DNA of 64,000 nt, from positions 1 through 64,000 of the IMG/VR virus record IMGVR_UViG_3300046694_000299; one strand, given 5' to 3'. Made by a program: the position numbers and the translations under genes. Numbering within the stretch: position 1 is the first letter of the stretch; each line of letters opens with the position of its first letter. Below are positions 1 through 8,657 of the stretch, piece by piece. This DNA comes from a virus. Under the pieces are notes generated by a model. The model was given only the letters and a program-made list of their open reading frames with translations. It did not search any database and was not told where the DNA came from.

Positions 1-407
1 CCGATCGCGGTGGCCAGCATGGCGGCACCGGCGAACGGTACGGCGATGGTCAGGACGCCGGCCAAAGTCACGGTTGACAGGCTGTGGATCACCGAGGACA
101 GGCCCTTGCAGGCGAGCCAGACCGCGCAGCCGAGACCGATCGACCCGGCTCCGACTCCGATGGAGCCGACAGCGAGGCCGAGTGCCCAGGCGGGCACGAT
201 GCGGCTGTCGGGCTGCGGCACGGGCGGGGTGGTGCCGATGCGGGATCCGTCCCGCCAGGACGGCAGGTCGGGGTTGTCGTATGAGGTGGGCTTCTCGATC
301 TCGTCAACGGCGGCGACGAGGCGGCGAATTTGCTCGCGGTCGGTGTCGGTGGGGGTGGCCTGTCCGGCCGCGGGGGCGGTGGGCGTCGGCTCGGGCAGGA
401 CGGTCAT
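1..407 (-). CDS. Membrane protein, C-terminally truncated by the window edge (Spd-like candidate)
   Basis: My translation from ATG (revcomp of 405-407): MTVLPEPTPTAPAAGQ...AWALGLAVGSIGVGAGSIGLGCAVWLACKG...TVTLAGVLTIAVPFAGAAMLATAI. It has two or more hydrophobic helices and high third-position GC. It is not in the ORF track because it is truncated. Confidence 0.5.
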   Translation of the reverse strand, partial: MTVLPEPTPTAPAAGQATPTDTDREQIRRLVAAVDEIEKPTSYDNPDLPSWRDGSRIGTTPPVPQPDSRIVPAWALGLAVGSIGVGAGSIGLGCAVWLACKGLSSVIHSLSTVTLAGVLTIAVPFAGAAMLATAI

Positions 408-421
408 GGGGTCGGGGTCTC

Positions 422-1033
422 CTAGTCGATTTCGCCGGTGCCGGTGCACACCGTGCAGGGGATACGGCGGTTGCCGTGGATGTTGGATTCGAGGTCGAAG
501 CTGCCCTTGCCGCTGCAGGCGGGGCAGGCGTTGATCGGTTCGGGCGTGTAGTCGGGATCCGGCTGGTGGCCGCCGGCTTGGAGGCCCCAGGCGGCGCCGA
601 TCGCCCCGGCTTTGGCGGCTGCGACGGCGTTGCTGACGGGCTTCTTCGCGGCGCGCAGGGCCTTACGCTTCTGCCGTCGCAGGGCGGGCTTGATCAGTCG
701 CTTCCAGTACACGTCGCGCACGGCCCGCTTGAGGTCGTCGACGATGACGTCGGGGTGGAGGATCCCGGCGAGGACCGCGCCGCCGACTTCGATCTCGAAC
801 GTGTCGACGTCCTCGGCGCGTTCCCGGCCGGTGCTCGCGGCCTGGATCTCCTTGAGGTCTCCGATGGTGAGGAACAGGCTTTCCCAGCTGTGGTAGTTGG
901 AGCAGTTGCCCCGGGCGGGGAAGCCGTCGGAGAAGCCGCGGCCGTCGAGGGTGAAGCTCGCCGTATCGCACTCGGGGCACAGGTGGGGGAGCCCGTCGAT
1001 CGTCATCTGCTGGATTTTGAGCTCGGTGACCAT
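422..1033 (-). CDS. Cys-rich zinc-finger protein (C-terminal DnaJ-type CxxCxGxG pair)
   Basis: Start re-placed to MVTELKIQQ (ATG at 1033), preceded by AAGGAG. Motifs are CPECD at the N-terminus and CPACSGKGS...CTVCTGTG at the C-terminus. Confidence 0.6.
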   Translation of the reverse strand: MVTELKIQQMTIDGLPHLCPECDTASFTLDGRGFSDGFPARGNCSNYHSWESLFLTIGDLKEIQAASTGRERAEDVDTFEIEVGGAVLAGILHPDVIVDDLKRAVRDVYWKRLIKPALRRQKRKALRAAKKPVSNAVAAAKAGAIGAAWGLQAGGHQPDPDYTPEPINACPACSGKGSFDLESNIHGNRRIPCTVCTGTGEID

Positions 1034-1055
1034 TCCGGGATCTCCTTCGCTTTTC

Positions 1056-1217
1056 GGGTCGTGATGCGGGTCGTGATGGGTGGTGACAGTGCAGGCCAGA
1101 GCCGTGATGGGGGTCGTGATGGGTCGTGACGCCGTAACCACCTCGGGCGGGGAATCACCACCCCGTCACGACCTGCGTCACGACCCTGACCTGCGGCGTC
1201 AGAACCCCGTCACGACC
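1056..1217. repeat. Array of seven copies of GGTCGTGA(C/T)G: four direct, then three inverted
   Basis: Direct copies at 1056-1066, 1068-1078, 1111-1121 and 1121-1131. Inverted CGTCACGACC copies at 1164-1173, 1176-1186 and 1208-1217. The array lies in the gap between the translocase stop (1220) and the next start (1033). Confidence 0.85.
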
Positions 1218-1219
1218 TC

Positions 1220-3280
1220 TCAAGCAGCTGCGGCGACGCTTTCGCCGGTGATCTGCTTGATCGTGTCCAGGTGGTATCCGCGGGCTCCGCCGGTGACCTG
1301 AACGGTCGACATGTCGACGGCGAGGTTCATGGCGTCCACGGCGCGCTTCAGCTCGGCGGATACGCGCTGTGCGGCCGTCTTGCGGGATTTGATCTCGTCG
1401 TCGCCGAACAGGGACAGCGCCCAGACGTCGGAGTCGTAAGCGGCCAGGTACTCCCAGATCGCCAGCGTCGATAGGAACTTCGGGTCGTCGGCGGCGGCGA
1501 ACGCCCCGCGCACCATCATCACGATCTTCGGCAGGTCGGAGCGCAGCCGGTCCGCCTCGCTCGCACCGAAGTGATCCAGGCCTGCTGCGGCCAGCGACTC
1601 GGCATCGACCGTCGGGCGGCCGGCAGCGGCCCGCTCGCGTGCACGCCGCATGCCGTCCTGCTCGTCCAGGAAAAGGAACTTGTGCTTCAGCGGCTCACGG
1701 GAGCCACCACCGCGGATGTACGCCTGGGAGGCGTCACGCAGGTCGTCGCCCTTGGCGTTGCCCTCCGCAGGGTCGAGCCGGTCCGGCCGCCAGCCTTCGG
1801 CGCCCGCGCCAGCTCCGAAGACCTGCACAATGTCCTGGTGCCGGGACGGGCCGACGATCTTCAGGGCGATCGAGTCGGCGATGGCCTTGCCGATGGCGTC
1901 CTTCGTCGCCTCCTGTGCCGCGAGGATGAGCTGTACGCGGGACTTGCGGCCCGTCTGAAGGATCTTCACCGCCAGTTCCTTGGCCCGGTCGGAAAGCTGC
2001 GGGTACTCGTCGATGAACAGGACGATCGCCGGACGCTCGGGGGTCGGCTCCCAGTTCGCCTTCATGCCGAGCTTCGCGAACAGCGTCGGCCGGGCCTTCG
2101 CGATCCGGAGGGCCTGGTCGAGGATCGCCTCGATCTGTCCCATGTTGTCGTCTCCGATCGCCCGGACGCCGAGCGTCTCGGCGAGCGGGTCGAGACCGTT
2201 GCCGCCCGGGTCGAGGTCGCCGACCAGTACGTCGGAGCAGGCGGTCAGCGCATCGGCCATCGTCCGCAGGATCACGGACTTCCCGCCGCCGGAGGAGGCG
2301 ACGACGATGGCGTGCACGCCGAGCAGCGACGCCTCGAAGGTCTTGCCGTCCATACGGTGCGCGAGGACTTGCTTGTCCCGCATGCGGCGGCTGTTGGGCT
2401 TCCGCTCCGGTGCGCTGGGCATCTTCGCGAAAGGGTCGGACTGGACAAGGCGCAGGATCACCCGGCCGCGGGACTCCCGGACCGGCTGCGGCAGCAGACC
2501 GTTCTCGGGCAGGTCAAGCGGAGTCTCCAGGTCGGCGGCCTTGGTGACGATGTCGGCCGGCTTGCCCTTGGCGAGGCGGACGGTGACCTCCCAGCCCCAC
2601 TCGTAACGCCGGTTGGCCTCCACCTCCTTGACCTGGATGCCTTCGGAGGCGAGGGCGCGACGGACACACTCGGCGGCTTCGGTGCGGTTGCGGGCGTCGG
2701 CAATCGGGAACGGGTCGCCATCCTCGGCATGGATCTGAACCTTGCCCGGGTCGACGCTGCGGGGCCGGCCGCGCCACACCCCGGCCGTGACTGCCGCCAT
2801 CGCATAGACGGCGGCCATCCACAGCCCGCCTTCGATGAGCCCGTAGGTGGCTGCGCCGGCGACGGGTGCGGCGGCGATACCGCGGGGGATGAGGTAGCGG
2901 CTGCGCCGGTCCTTCAACTGCTGGGTGCGCCGGTTGGCGACGGCCTCGGCCTGCGCCTCCTTGGCCATGTCCCCGTTGGATGCCTTCACCTGCGCGCGAG
3001 CGGTGCGGATCATCTGCGGGTAGTCGCCGAGCATCTTGTCCCGCTCGATGCGGGCAATGTGCCACCAGCCGCGGGCGGACCATCCGATCCACACGACGGT
3101 GGGGTGGTGGCCGACAGTGCGAGCCGTGCGGCGGGCCAGCGCGGCACGGGAGTGAATCCAGGAGGGCAGCTGCCGCTGCGGGGTCGCAGGCCGCTTGTCG
3201 ACGGGGTAGTCGAGCGGCTGTGCGGGGGCTGTCTGTTCGGGCGCCGTCGCGGCCTTCTGAACGGTGGTCGGGGTGGCCAT
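1220..3280 (-). CDS. FtsK/SpoIIIE-family dsDNA translocase, TraB-like architecture
   Basis: 686 aa counted from MATPTTVQK. Hydrophobic N-terminal segments (GIAAAPVAGAATYGLIEGGLWMAAVYAMAAVTAGVW), Walker A VVASSGGGKSV, Walker B VLFIDEYPQL, then a C-terminal extension. Confidence 0.8.
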   Translation of the reverse strand: MATPTTVQKAATAPEQTAPAQPLDYPVDKRPATPQRQLPSWIHSRAALARRTARTVGHHPTVVWIGWSARGWWHIARIERDKMLGDYPQMIRTARAQVKASNGDMAKEAQAEAVANRRTQQLKDRRSRYLIPRGIAAAPVAGAATYGLIEGGLWMAAVYAMAAVTAGVWRGRPRSVDPGKVQIHAEDGDPFPIADARNRTEAAECVRRALASEGIQVKEVEANRRYEWGWEVTVRLAKGKPADIVTKAADLETPLDLPENGLLPQPVRESRGRVILRLVQSDPFAKMPSAPERKPNSRRMRDKQVLAHRMDGKTFEASLLGVHAIVVASSGGGKSVILRTMADALTACSDVLVGDLDPGGNGLDPLAETLGVRAIGDDNMGQIEAILDQALRIAKARPTLFAKLGMKANWEPTPERPAIVLFIDEYPQLSDRAKELAVKILQTGRKSRVQLILAAQEATKDAIGKAIADSIALKIVGPSRHQDIVQVFGAGAGAEGWRPDRLDPAEGNAKGDDLRDASQAYIRGGGSREPLKHKFLFLDEQDGMRRARERAAAGRPTVDAESLAAAGLDHFGASEADRLRSDLPKIVMMVRGAFAAADDPKFLSTLAIWEYLAAYDSDVWALSLFGDDEIKSRKTAAQRVSAELKRAVDAMNLAVDMSTVQVTGGARGYHLDTIKQITGESVAAAA

Positions 3281-3290
3281 GTGGGGGTCC

Positions 3291-4571
3291 TCAGTCCTTC
3301 TTCTGGCGGGCGGTCTTGGCGGCGATGGAGGCCTGCCGGCGGGCGGCGGCGACGTACTGCTGGGTGTCTCCGGACTGGCGTGCCGGAGGCTTGCGTGCGG
3401 GGCCTCGCTGAGTGCGGGGCATTTGGTTTGCACGCTGTGCGTTCGTGGTCTTGCTGAGGGTGTTGACGGGGGTGCCAGTGAGGGCCGCTTCGACGCGCTT
3501 CTCCGCCATGCGACGGCCGGTGATGACGTCGACGCTGTCGCCCGGGTCGGTGCCTTCGATGTCGCGGTGCGCGCGCTTCCAGACGGCTTCGGTGACGGTG
3601 GCCTCGCCGAGCGCGGCGGCCAGCTTCCGGGCGTGATCCCACACCTTCGGGAACTCCTTGGCCCGGGTCTCCGCGAGGTGCTTCGCCTCCTCGGCCGCAG
3701 CCTTGTCGGCGGCCTCCTTCTCGACCCTGCGGCGCTCCTCGGCGTCAGACTTCTCCTTGGCGATCCGCTTGACCTCGTTCTCTGCCGCCTTCCGCTCCCT
3801 GCACGTCAGTGCGCCGTCCCGCTTGCGGATGCGGCCGTGCTCGTGGAGGTCCCACACGCCGGGGCCAAAGATGGAGGCAAGTGCGGTACCGATGGCGGTC
3901 GCGAGGTCGAACTCGGTGATGCCGTGTCCGAAGTTCACGCTGGCGGCGATGAACGCGAGCACCCAGGTGATCAGACGGAAGTGCCAGTGCGGGCGCTGGT
4001 TCGCCACCGCCGCCGCCGTACCGAACGCGACGACGAGCGCCGCGATCTCCAGCAGGACGGGCGCGCCGGCCATCCACGGCTTGGCCGGGTTCCAGAACGC
4101 GGAGATCTGAACGGGCAGGGCGACGGCGGCGCACAGGGCGTAGAAGCTGATCGCCCAGCTGCGCCACTTCTTGTCGGCCTTCTCTACGTTCCTGGTCTGC
4201 TGTTCCTCGGCGTGCTGGTCGGCCTCGGCCTTCAGTCGAGCGGTCTCGCGGGCGCGCTCGGTTGCTTCCCGCTTGGCCTCCGCCTCTTCGATCTTCGCAA
4301 GCTGTTCCGCTTCCTCGCGGCGAAAGCGGAGCGCGGCACGCTCGTTGGCGAGGGCCTGCTTCTCGTTCTCCAGGCGCAGTTGCTCGGCCTTCTCGGCGGC
4401 GAGGACCTTCTCGGCGTCGGCTTCGCCCTCGGCCTTGATGCGCAGCGCCTCTGCTTCGGCGTCGGCGCGCTTCCGGATCGCCTCCGCCTCGGCCAGCGCG
4501 CGCGGATCGAACCGCGGCTCGGAGGCGACGGGCGTCCCGTTGACCTTCTTCTCGACGGATACGGCGGTCAC
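3291..4571 (-). CDS. Polytopic membrane protein with Glu/Ala-rich coiled coil (DUF2637-like)
   Basis: EA-rich N-terminus (AEAEAIRKRADAEAEALRIKAEGEADAEK), four central hydrophobic helices and a charged C-terminus. It sits directly upstream of the translocase. Confidence 0.6.
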   Translation of the reverse strand: MTAVSVEKKVNGTPVASEPRFDPRALAEAEAIRKRADAEAEALRIKAEGEADAEKVLAAEKAEQLRLENEKQALANERAALRFRREEAEQLAKIEEAEAKREATERARETARLKAEADQHAEEQQTRNVEKADKKWRSWAISFYALCAAVALPVQISAFWNPAKPWMAGAPVLLEIAALVVAFGTAAAVANQRPHWHFRLITWVLAFIAASVNFGHGITEFDLATAIGTALASIFGPGVWDLHEHGRIRKRDGALTCRERKAAENEVKRIAKEKSDAEERRRVEKEAADKAAAEEAKHLAETRAKEFPKVWDHARKLAAALGEATVTEAVWKRAHRDIEGTDPGDSVDVITGRRMAEKRVEAALTGTPVNTLSKTTNAQRANQMPRTQRGPARKPPARQSGDTQQYVAAARRQASIAAKTARQKKD

Positions 4572-4624
4572 GGTGGATCAGTCCTCTCGAATATCAGATG
4601 CGGCGTGGGTAGGGACTGCGAGGC

Positions 4625-5287
4625 CTACGCGGCCGGTCCCTCTGTAAGTTGGGCGAGCGCATTGGGGTCGGCACCGGTCGTCAGAGCTCGCTCGACGGAC
4701 CAGCCGGATTCATCGAGTCGGTCTATGACCGCCTGGGGCTTCAGCCCAAGAACTTCGGCCCACTCGGCGACCGCCTTGGTGCGCCCCCGGAAGGTCAGGT
4801 AGCGGTTGCGGCGGGTGTTCCGGGCCTGCTCCTTGTACGTCGCCCACCGGCAGTTACCGGGCTCGTAATTGCCGTCTACATCGACACGGTCGATCGTCAG
4901 GTGATCGGCGTAGGAGGGGCCCATGTCGCGAACGAAGGCCTCAAACGACTCGCGCCACTCCGGGCACACGGTGATTCCTCGCCCGCCGTAATCCGCGTAC
5001 CGATCAAAGTTCGGGTTGGTGGTGCGCGTGATCATTGCGCACCAGATCCTGTACAGGCGCGTGCCGCTCTGGCCGTGAGTGCGGCTGCGAGCGACCGTGG
5101 CTTCGCGAATGCCGCACCCGCAGGACGTCGTCCTGCCGCTCCTGAGGTCACCTCCGACCACAACCGTTTCGTTGCCGCACTCGCAGGTGCAGCGCCAGAG
5201 CACCTTCCCTGCGTTGCTACGGCCGGCTTCCTCGACGACGGCCAGGCGGCCAAACGTCTTGCCGGTTAGATCGACCTTGGGCGGCAT
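4625..5287 (-). CDS. Phage-type HNH-like endonuclease / DNA-binding protein
   Basis: CTCECG...SCGCG Cys cluster, YGGRGITVCPEW, LTIDRVDVDGNYEPGNCRWAT...QARN. This pattern is common in phage homing-nuclease-like proteins. Confidence 0.55.
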   Translation of the reverse strand: MPPKVDLTGKTFGRLAVVEEAGRSNAGKVLWRCTCECGNETVVVGGDLRSGRTTSCGCGIREATVARSRTHGQSGTRLYRIWCAMITRTTNPNFDRYADYGGRGITVCPEWRESFEAFVRDMGPSYADHLTIDRVDVDGNYEPGNCRWATYKEQARNTRRNRYLTFRGRTKAVAEWAEVLGLKPQAVIDRLDESGWSVERALTTGADPNALAQLTEGPAA

Positions 5288-5310
5288 GTGCGCGGTGTCC
5301 TTTCGGAGGG

Positions 5311-5505
5311 TTAGCGGCGGCGGTTGCGGGTGCTGCGCCAGCCGAACGGGCCGGGCAGGTTGAACGAGGTGGTGTCGCGGCCGGTCGAACTGCGGGTGTG
5401 CTGCAGCCCGTTCCGGGACCCGACGGTGATCGACCAGGAGCGGCGGTTGATGTTCAACCGGACGCCGGGGAAGATCCGGATGCTCTTGCGGAACGTGATC
5501 GGCAT
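5311..5505 (-). CDS. Small basic protein (DUF4236-like)
   Basis: Start re-placed to MPITFRKSIRIFPGVRLNINRRSWSITVG. ATGA overlap with the upstream gene stop at 5505. Confidence 0.5.
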   Translation of the reverse strand: MPITFRKSIRIFPGVRLNINRRSWSITVGSRNGLQHTRSSTGRDTTSFNLPGPFGWRSTRNRRR

Positions 5506-5714
5506 CAACGCCTCCGGGCGGGCGCAGGAGCGGGACGACGGCGGGCGGACGTGATCAGGCCGACGGCTGCGGCGAGCAGCAGCACGGCCGGCTGGGCGAG
5601 GACGGTGAACGCGCCCGTCGCAGCCAGCTCGACCGGGGTCGCAGCCGCAGGCCACAGGCCAACGACCAGCAGGTAAGCCCCCAGCAAGAGCCAGAGGATG
5701 GGGTGACGACGCAT
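5505..5714 (-). CDS. Small membrane protein
   Basis: 69 aa, two hydrophobic helices (ILWLLLGAYLLVVGLW; AVLLLAAAVGLI). Confidence 0.5.
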   Translation of the reverse strand: MRRHPILWLLLGAYLLVVGLWPAAATPVELAATGAFTVLAQPAVLLLAAAVGLITSARRRPAPAPARRR

Positions 5715-5816
5715 GACGGCCTCTCTCGAAGGTTTCGGTGGGATGGGGCTGGCCGGTTCTCCTTGGGCCCCGGGCGAGCCGGGGACCGCGGGCAGCCGGT
5801 CAGCTGCAGGGGTGGG

Positions 5817-6011
5817 TCAGCCGCGCTGGTAGCGGGCTTCGACGCCGGTGATCCGCTCGCCCGGCTTCAGCTGCTTGCTGACCTGGTCGGCGGCGTCCGC
5901 TTCGGCCCGCTGCTTCCCGTACATGGGGCTCGGGTTCGACACGGTCCCCGGCACCTCGCGCTTGCTGCCGGACTGGTCGGTGACGGTGACCTTCGCCTTG
6001 AACATGGCCAT
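5817..6011 (-). CDS. Hypothetical protein
   Basis: Start re-placed to MAMFKAKVTV, with GAGAGGA upstream. High GC3. Confidence 0.45.
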   Translation of the reverse strand: MAMFKAKVTVTDQSGSKREVPGTVSNPSPMYGKQRAEADAADQVSKQLKPGERITGVEARYQRG

Positions 6012-6092
6012 GAGGGGTTCCTCTCGGTGGGGGTTGGAACGCTGAGCGGTTCCCCTCACCGCCCGTGCGAGACGGGCGGATCGGGCAGCCGG

Positions 6093-6281
6093 TCAGCGGC
6101 GCTGGGTGGCGGCAAAGTCGTCGGCGGTGCAGCCCTGGGCGGTGGCCCGGTCGGTCAGCCCGACCGCCACGGTCAGGGCCTGGCCTGCCTCGGGGCTGCC
6201 GAGACCGTGCGTGTACACGGCCTGCATCGCGATCTCACCGGCCTCGACGGCGTCCTTCGCGGCATGCTGCCTACTGGTCAT
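6093..6281 (-). CDS. Hypothetical protein
   Basis: 62-aa ORF on the same strand as its neighbours. Confidence 0.4.
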   Translation of the reverse strand: MTSRQHAAKDAVEAGEIAMQAVYTHGLGSPEAGQALTVAVGLTDRATAQGCTADDFAATQRR

Positions 6282-6322
6282 GGGTGGGGTCCTTTCGGGT
6301 GGCGGGTGGTCGGGTCGGCCGG

Positions 6323-6511
6323 TCAGGCCTGGCGGAGCTGGTCTTCGGTGAAGGTCGGGGTCCCGAGCGTCAGGTCGAGCTGCGGGTCGCGGAGGCCGTC
6401 GACCTGCACCCGTCCGTCGCCTGTCGGCCAGGCCTCGCCGGTCTTCCCGACCAAGCCGGGCGCGTCCGGGCTGGACGTGACGGTCACCTGGTCACGCTTC
6501 TTGATCGCCAT
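6323..6511 (-). CDS. Hypothetical protein
   Basis: 62-aa ORF with a strong GAAGGAGA RBS upstream. Confidence 0.5.
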   Translation of the reverse strand: MAIKKRDQVTVTSSPDAPGLVGKTGEAWPTGDGRVQVDGLRDPQLDLTLGTPTFTEDQLRQA

Positions 6512-6652
6512 GGGTCTCCTTCGATGCGGTGGACGGGTGGTGGTGCGCGCCCCGGGCTGCGTTCGCGGCGACGTCCGTGGTGACCGGACCGGGGCTGGGC
6601 CGTGGCGGCGGGGCCGCGGGGGACGAATCCCACCGCCACGGGGATCAGGGGG

Positions 6653-6883
6653 TCAGGCGGCGGCCGGGTAGTCGAAGCCGTCGAACTCGGCGAGCAGGTC
6701 CGCGTCGGCGACGAGGCGGATCTGCCGCATGCGGGCCAGATCCCCGTCGCCGCGAGCCTTGGCGTACTCGCCGAACAGGTCGGTGATGGACAGGACGGTC
6801 GCCTCGGCGACAGTCGTGTTCGCGCGGGCCTTCCGGCCGAGCTCGGTGGCGCCAAGATCGGCAGAGAACAGGTACGGAGACAT
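6653..6883 (-). CDS. Hypothetical protein
   Basis: 76-aa ORF with protein-like composition. Confidence 0.45.
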   Translation of the reverse strand: MSPYLFSADLGATELGRKARANTTVAEATVLSITDLFGEYAKARGDGDLARMRQIRLVADADLLAEFDGFDYPAAA

Positions 6884-6937
6884 GGGGGATCACAGATCCT
6901 CTCGGGATCACAGAAGGTGGGTGGGGGTGAGGGAGGG

Positions 6938-7168
6938 TCAGGCGGTGGTGCGGGAGATGAGTGCGGCGATCACGTCCTGCGTGATCTCGGCGGGCAGCAG
7001 GCCCTTGTCGATCGCCGCGAGGGTGGCGAACTCGCGGGCAATCCGCTCGCGGCCCTCCATCAGGTCCTTCTCGATGCCGCGGATGTGGCTCAGGTCTGCG
7101 TAGTACTGCTCGTGCGTCGCAGCGGCCTTTCGCAGTAGCTCGGCGGCCTCTTCGAGGTATCGGGACAT
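6938..7168 (-). CDS. Hypothetical helical protein
   Basis: 76-aa ORF with GGAGGG upstream. Confidence 0.5.
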   Translation of the reverse strand: MSRYLEEAAELLRKAAATHEQYYADLSHIRGIEKDLMEGRERIAREFATLAAIDKGLLPAEITQDVIAALISRTTA

Positions 7169-7347
7169 GACGGAGCCCTCCAGGGCGGGAAGCAGGTGGG
7201 GACGGTGGGGGGTGGGGCACCACTGGCGGAGACGGGGGGGGGTTGTCGATCCGCCAGCGGCGGTCTTGGGGGTCTAGCGGGGCCGGGTCTCGGACTGGTG
7301 GTTCTGCTCGCGCAGCTTGCGGAGCAGCTCCGCGTACTCGGCGTCGG

Positions 7348-7521
7348 TCATCGCTGGCCGCCTTCGTCCGTGACGACGAGGAACTGGTCGCTGGGCAGGT
7401 CCTGCACGACGGTCACGGGGATGCCCTGGTCGCGGAACTGCTGCGCCTGCTCCTCCGCCGGCCAACTGCCGCGCGGGTGGCCGGCCTGGGTGGCGGCGAG
7501 GATCTTGCGGGTCGCGCTCAC
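7348..7521 (-). CDS. Hypothetical protein (GTG start)
   Basis: My translation: VSATRKILAATQAGHPRGSWPAEEQAQQFRDQGIPVTVVQDLPSDQFLVVTDEGGQR. GTGA overlap with the upstream stop at 7518-7521. It is below the ORF-track length cutoff. Confidence 0.4.
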   Translation of the reverse strand: MSATRKILAATQAGHPRGSWPAEEQAQQFRDQGIPVTVVQDLPSDQFLVVTDEGGQR

Positions 7522-7754
7522 CAGTCCTCCCCAGGCAGGTAGCCCTCGCGGAGCTTGGCGGCGTCCTCGCGGTATTCCTGGGCGTGATTCCGGGCGAACC
7601 CGGCGGCAGTCTTGGCCTGGGCGCGAAGCGTGGGGCTGTTGGTCGGGTCGGCGGCGGCGCGGTCGCCGGATGCGGCAGCGGCGTCGGATCGTGCTGCCGC
7701 CCGCTCGGAGTCGGCTGCCATGGCGCGCATCTCGGCGCGGGACGGGCGGGCCAT
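7518..7754 (-). CDS. Hypothetical protein
   Basis: Start re-placed to MARPSRAEMRAM. ATGA-type overlap with the upstream stop at 7754. Confidence 0.45.
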   Translation of the reverse strand: MARPSRAEMRAMAADSERAAARSDAAAASGDRAAADPTNSPTLRAQAKTAAGFARNHAQEYREDAAKLREGYLPGEDW

Positions 7755-8170
7755 CACGCCGCCGCCTTCACGCTCTGCGGCTGGGCGAGGGTGGCGCGCC
7801 GCAGGTCGAGGGCGGGCTGCCCGTACAGGACGGTCGCCTTGCCGAGGAGGGAGGCGTAGTCGCGGTCCATCCAGTCGAGCGCTTCGGCCCGGTCCTGGGC
7901 GTCCATCTGGACGAGCGCCTCGCCCTGCCGGTCGCGTCCGGCGACCACGAGGACGATGGTGCCGTCCGGGGCTACCGGGGACACGTATTCGACGGTGACC
8001 TCGATGAGCGCCCACCGGCCGGCCATGTCGGCGAGCAGCTGGTCGCCTGCGGTGCGGATGCGGCCGTTGACGTTCAGGCCGCGCAGGTACTTCTCGCGGG
8101 CCCGCCACGTCACGTGGGAGGCGGAATCGTGGGCGGCACGGTCGGCCGGGGACTGGGTTGCGGTGCTCAT
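7754..8170 (-). CDS. Hypothetical protein
   Basis: 138-aa ORF with globular-looking composition. Confidence 0.55.
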   Translation of the reverse strand: MSTATQSPADRAAHDSASHVTWRAREKYLRGLNVNGRIRTAGDQLLADMAGRWALIEVTVEYVSPVAPDGTIVLVVAGRDRQGEALVQMDAQDRAEALDWMDRDYASLLGKATVLYGQPALDLRRATLAQPQSVKAAA

Positions 8171-8424
8171 ACCGTCACCGCCTCAACGCCGAGGATCTCG
8201 GCGAGGCGTCGCTGCGGGATGCGCCAGTCGAGCGGGGCAGTCCCGGTGAGGACGGCGGCCAGGCGGGCGGTGTCGATGCCGGCGACACAGGCGAGCGCCT
8301 CGACCGAGTGCGACAGGTCCGGGTTGTAGTGCGCGGCCCGCATCTGCATCCGCAAGCGGAGCACGGCGGGCGACATGCCCCGGTGATCGGCGCGCTCGGG
8401 CGCCGGTACGATCTGTGTAGCCAT
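8167..8424 (-). CDS. Small HTH-like regulator, first gene of the leftward array
   Basis: Start re-placed to MATQIVPAP. Contains LSHSVEALACVAGIDTARLAAVLTG. Divergent from the plus-strand gene at 8658. Confidence 0.5.
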   Translation of the reverse strand: MATQIVPAPERADHRGMSPAVLRLRMQMRAAHYNPDLSHSVEALACVAGIDTARLAAVLTGTAPLDWRIPQRRLAEILGVEAVTV

Positions 8425-8657
8425 GAGGGGACCCTTCAGAGATTCCTCGTGGTGAGGGCCGGCCTGCGATGTAGGAGTCGCGGTGTCCGGCCCGTCTTCA
8501 TTTGTGGGGTGCCGTCCGCGGACTGGGTCCGGTAGGAGTGGACGACTGGCGACTTCAAGGGGGTCCTTGTAGCCGTTGAGGTACATCCTGTAGCGAGCCG
8601 CACCTCACTGTCAAGGGGCGTCTTGAAGTGGCGGCAAATGGCCCATACGCTACGTCC
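8425..8657. promoter_or_regulatory. Divergent intergenic control region
   Basis: 233-bp gap between oppositely oriented HTH genes. GC is locally lower. Confidence 0.35.

Noticed and set aside
1056-1217. Possible CRISPR array (also considered for 19798-19976).
   Set aside because: The repeat units are only 9-20 bp, in mixed orientation, with irregular or absent spacers. No cas genes are present.
1571-3457. Very long antisense ORFs. Examples are 1571-3457(+), 18076-19566(+), 52110-53582(+), 56332-57672(+), 13823-15031(-) upstream extension, and 36867-37823(-).
   Set aside because: Their composition is Arg/Gly/Ala/Pro-rich. They lie opposite to or overlap genes with clear motifs. They are the usual open-frame artefact of about 70% GC DNA.
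5790-6097. 15-nt exact repeat GGGCAGCCGGTCAGC at 5790-5804 and 6083-6097, with a variant at 6312-6327, next to gene ends.
   Set aside because: It is short and overlaps stop codons and GC-rich spacer hairpins. It may be a weak shared terminator-like element, but with only two or three copies I cannot separate it from chance.
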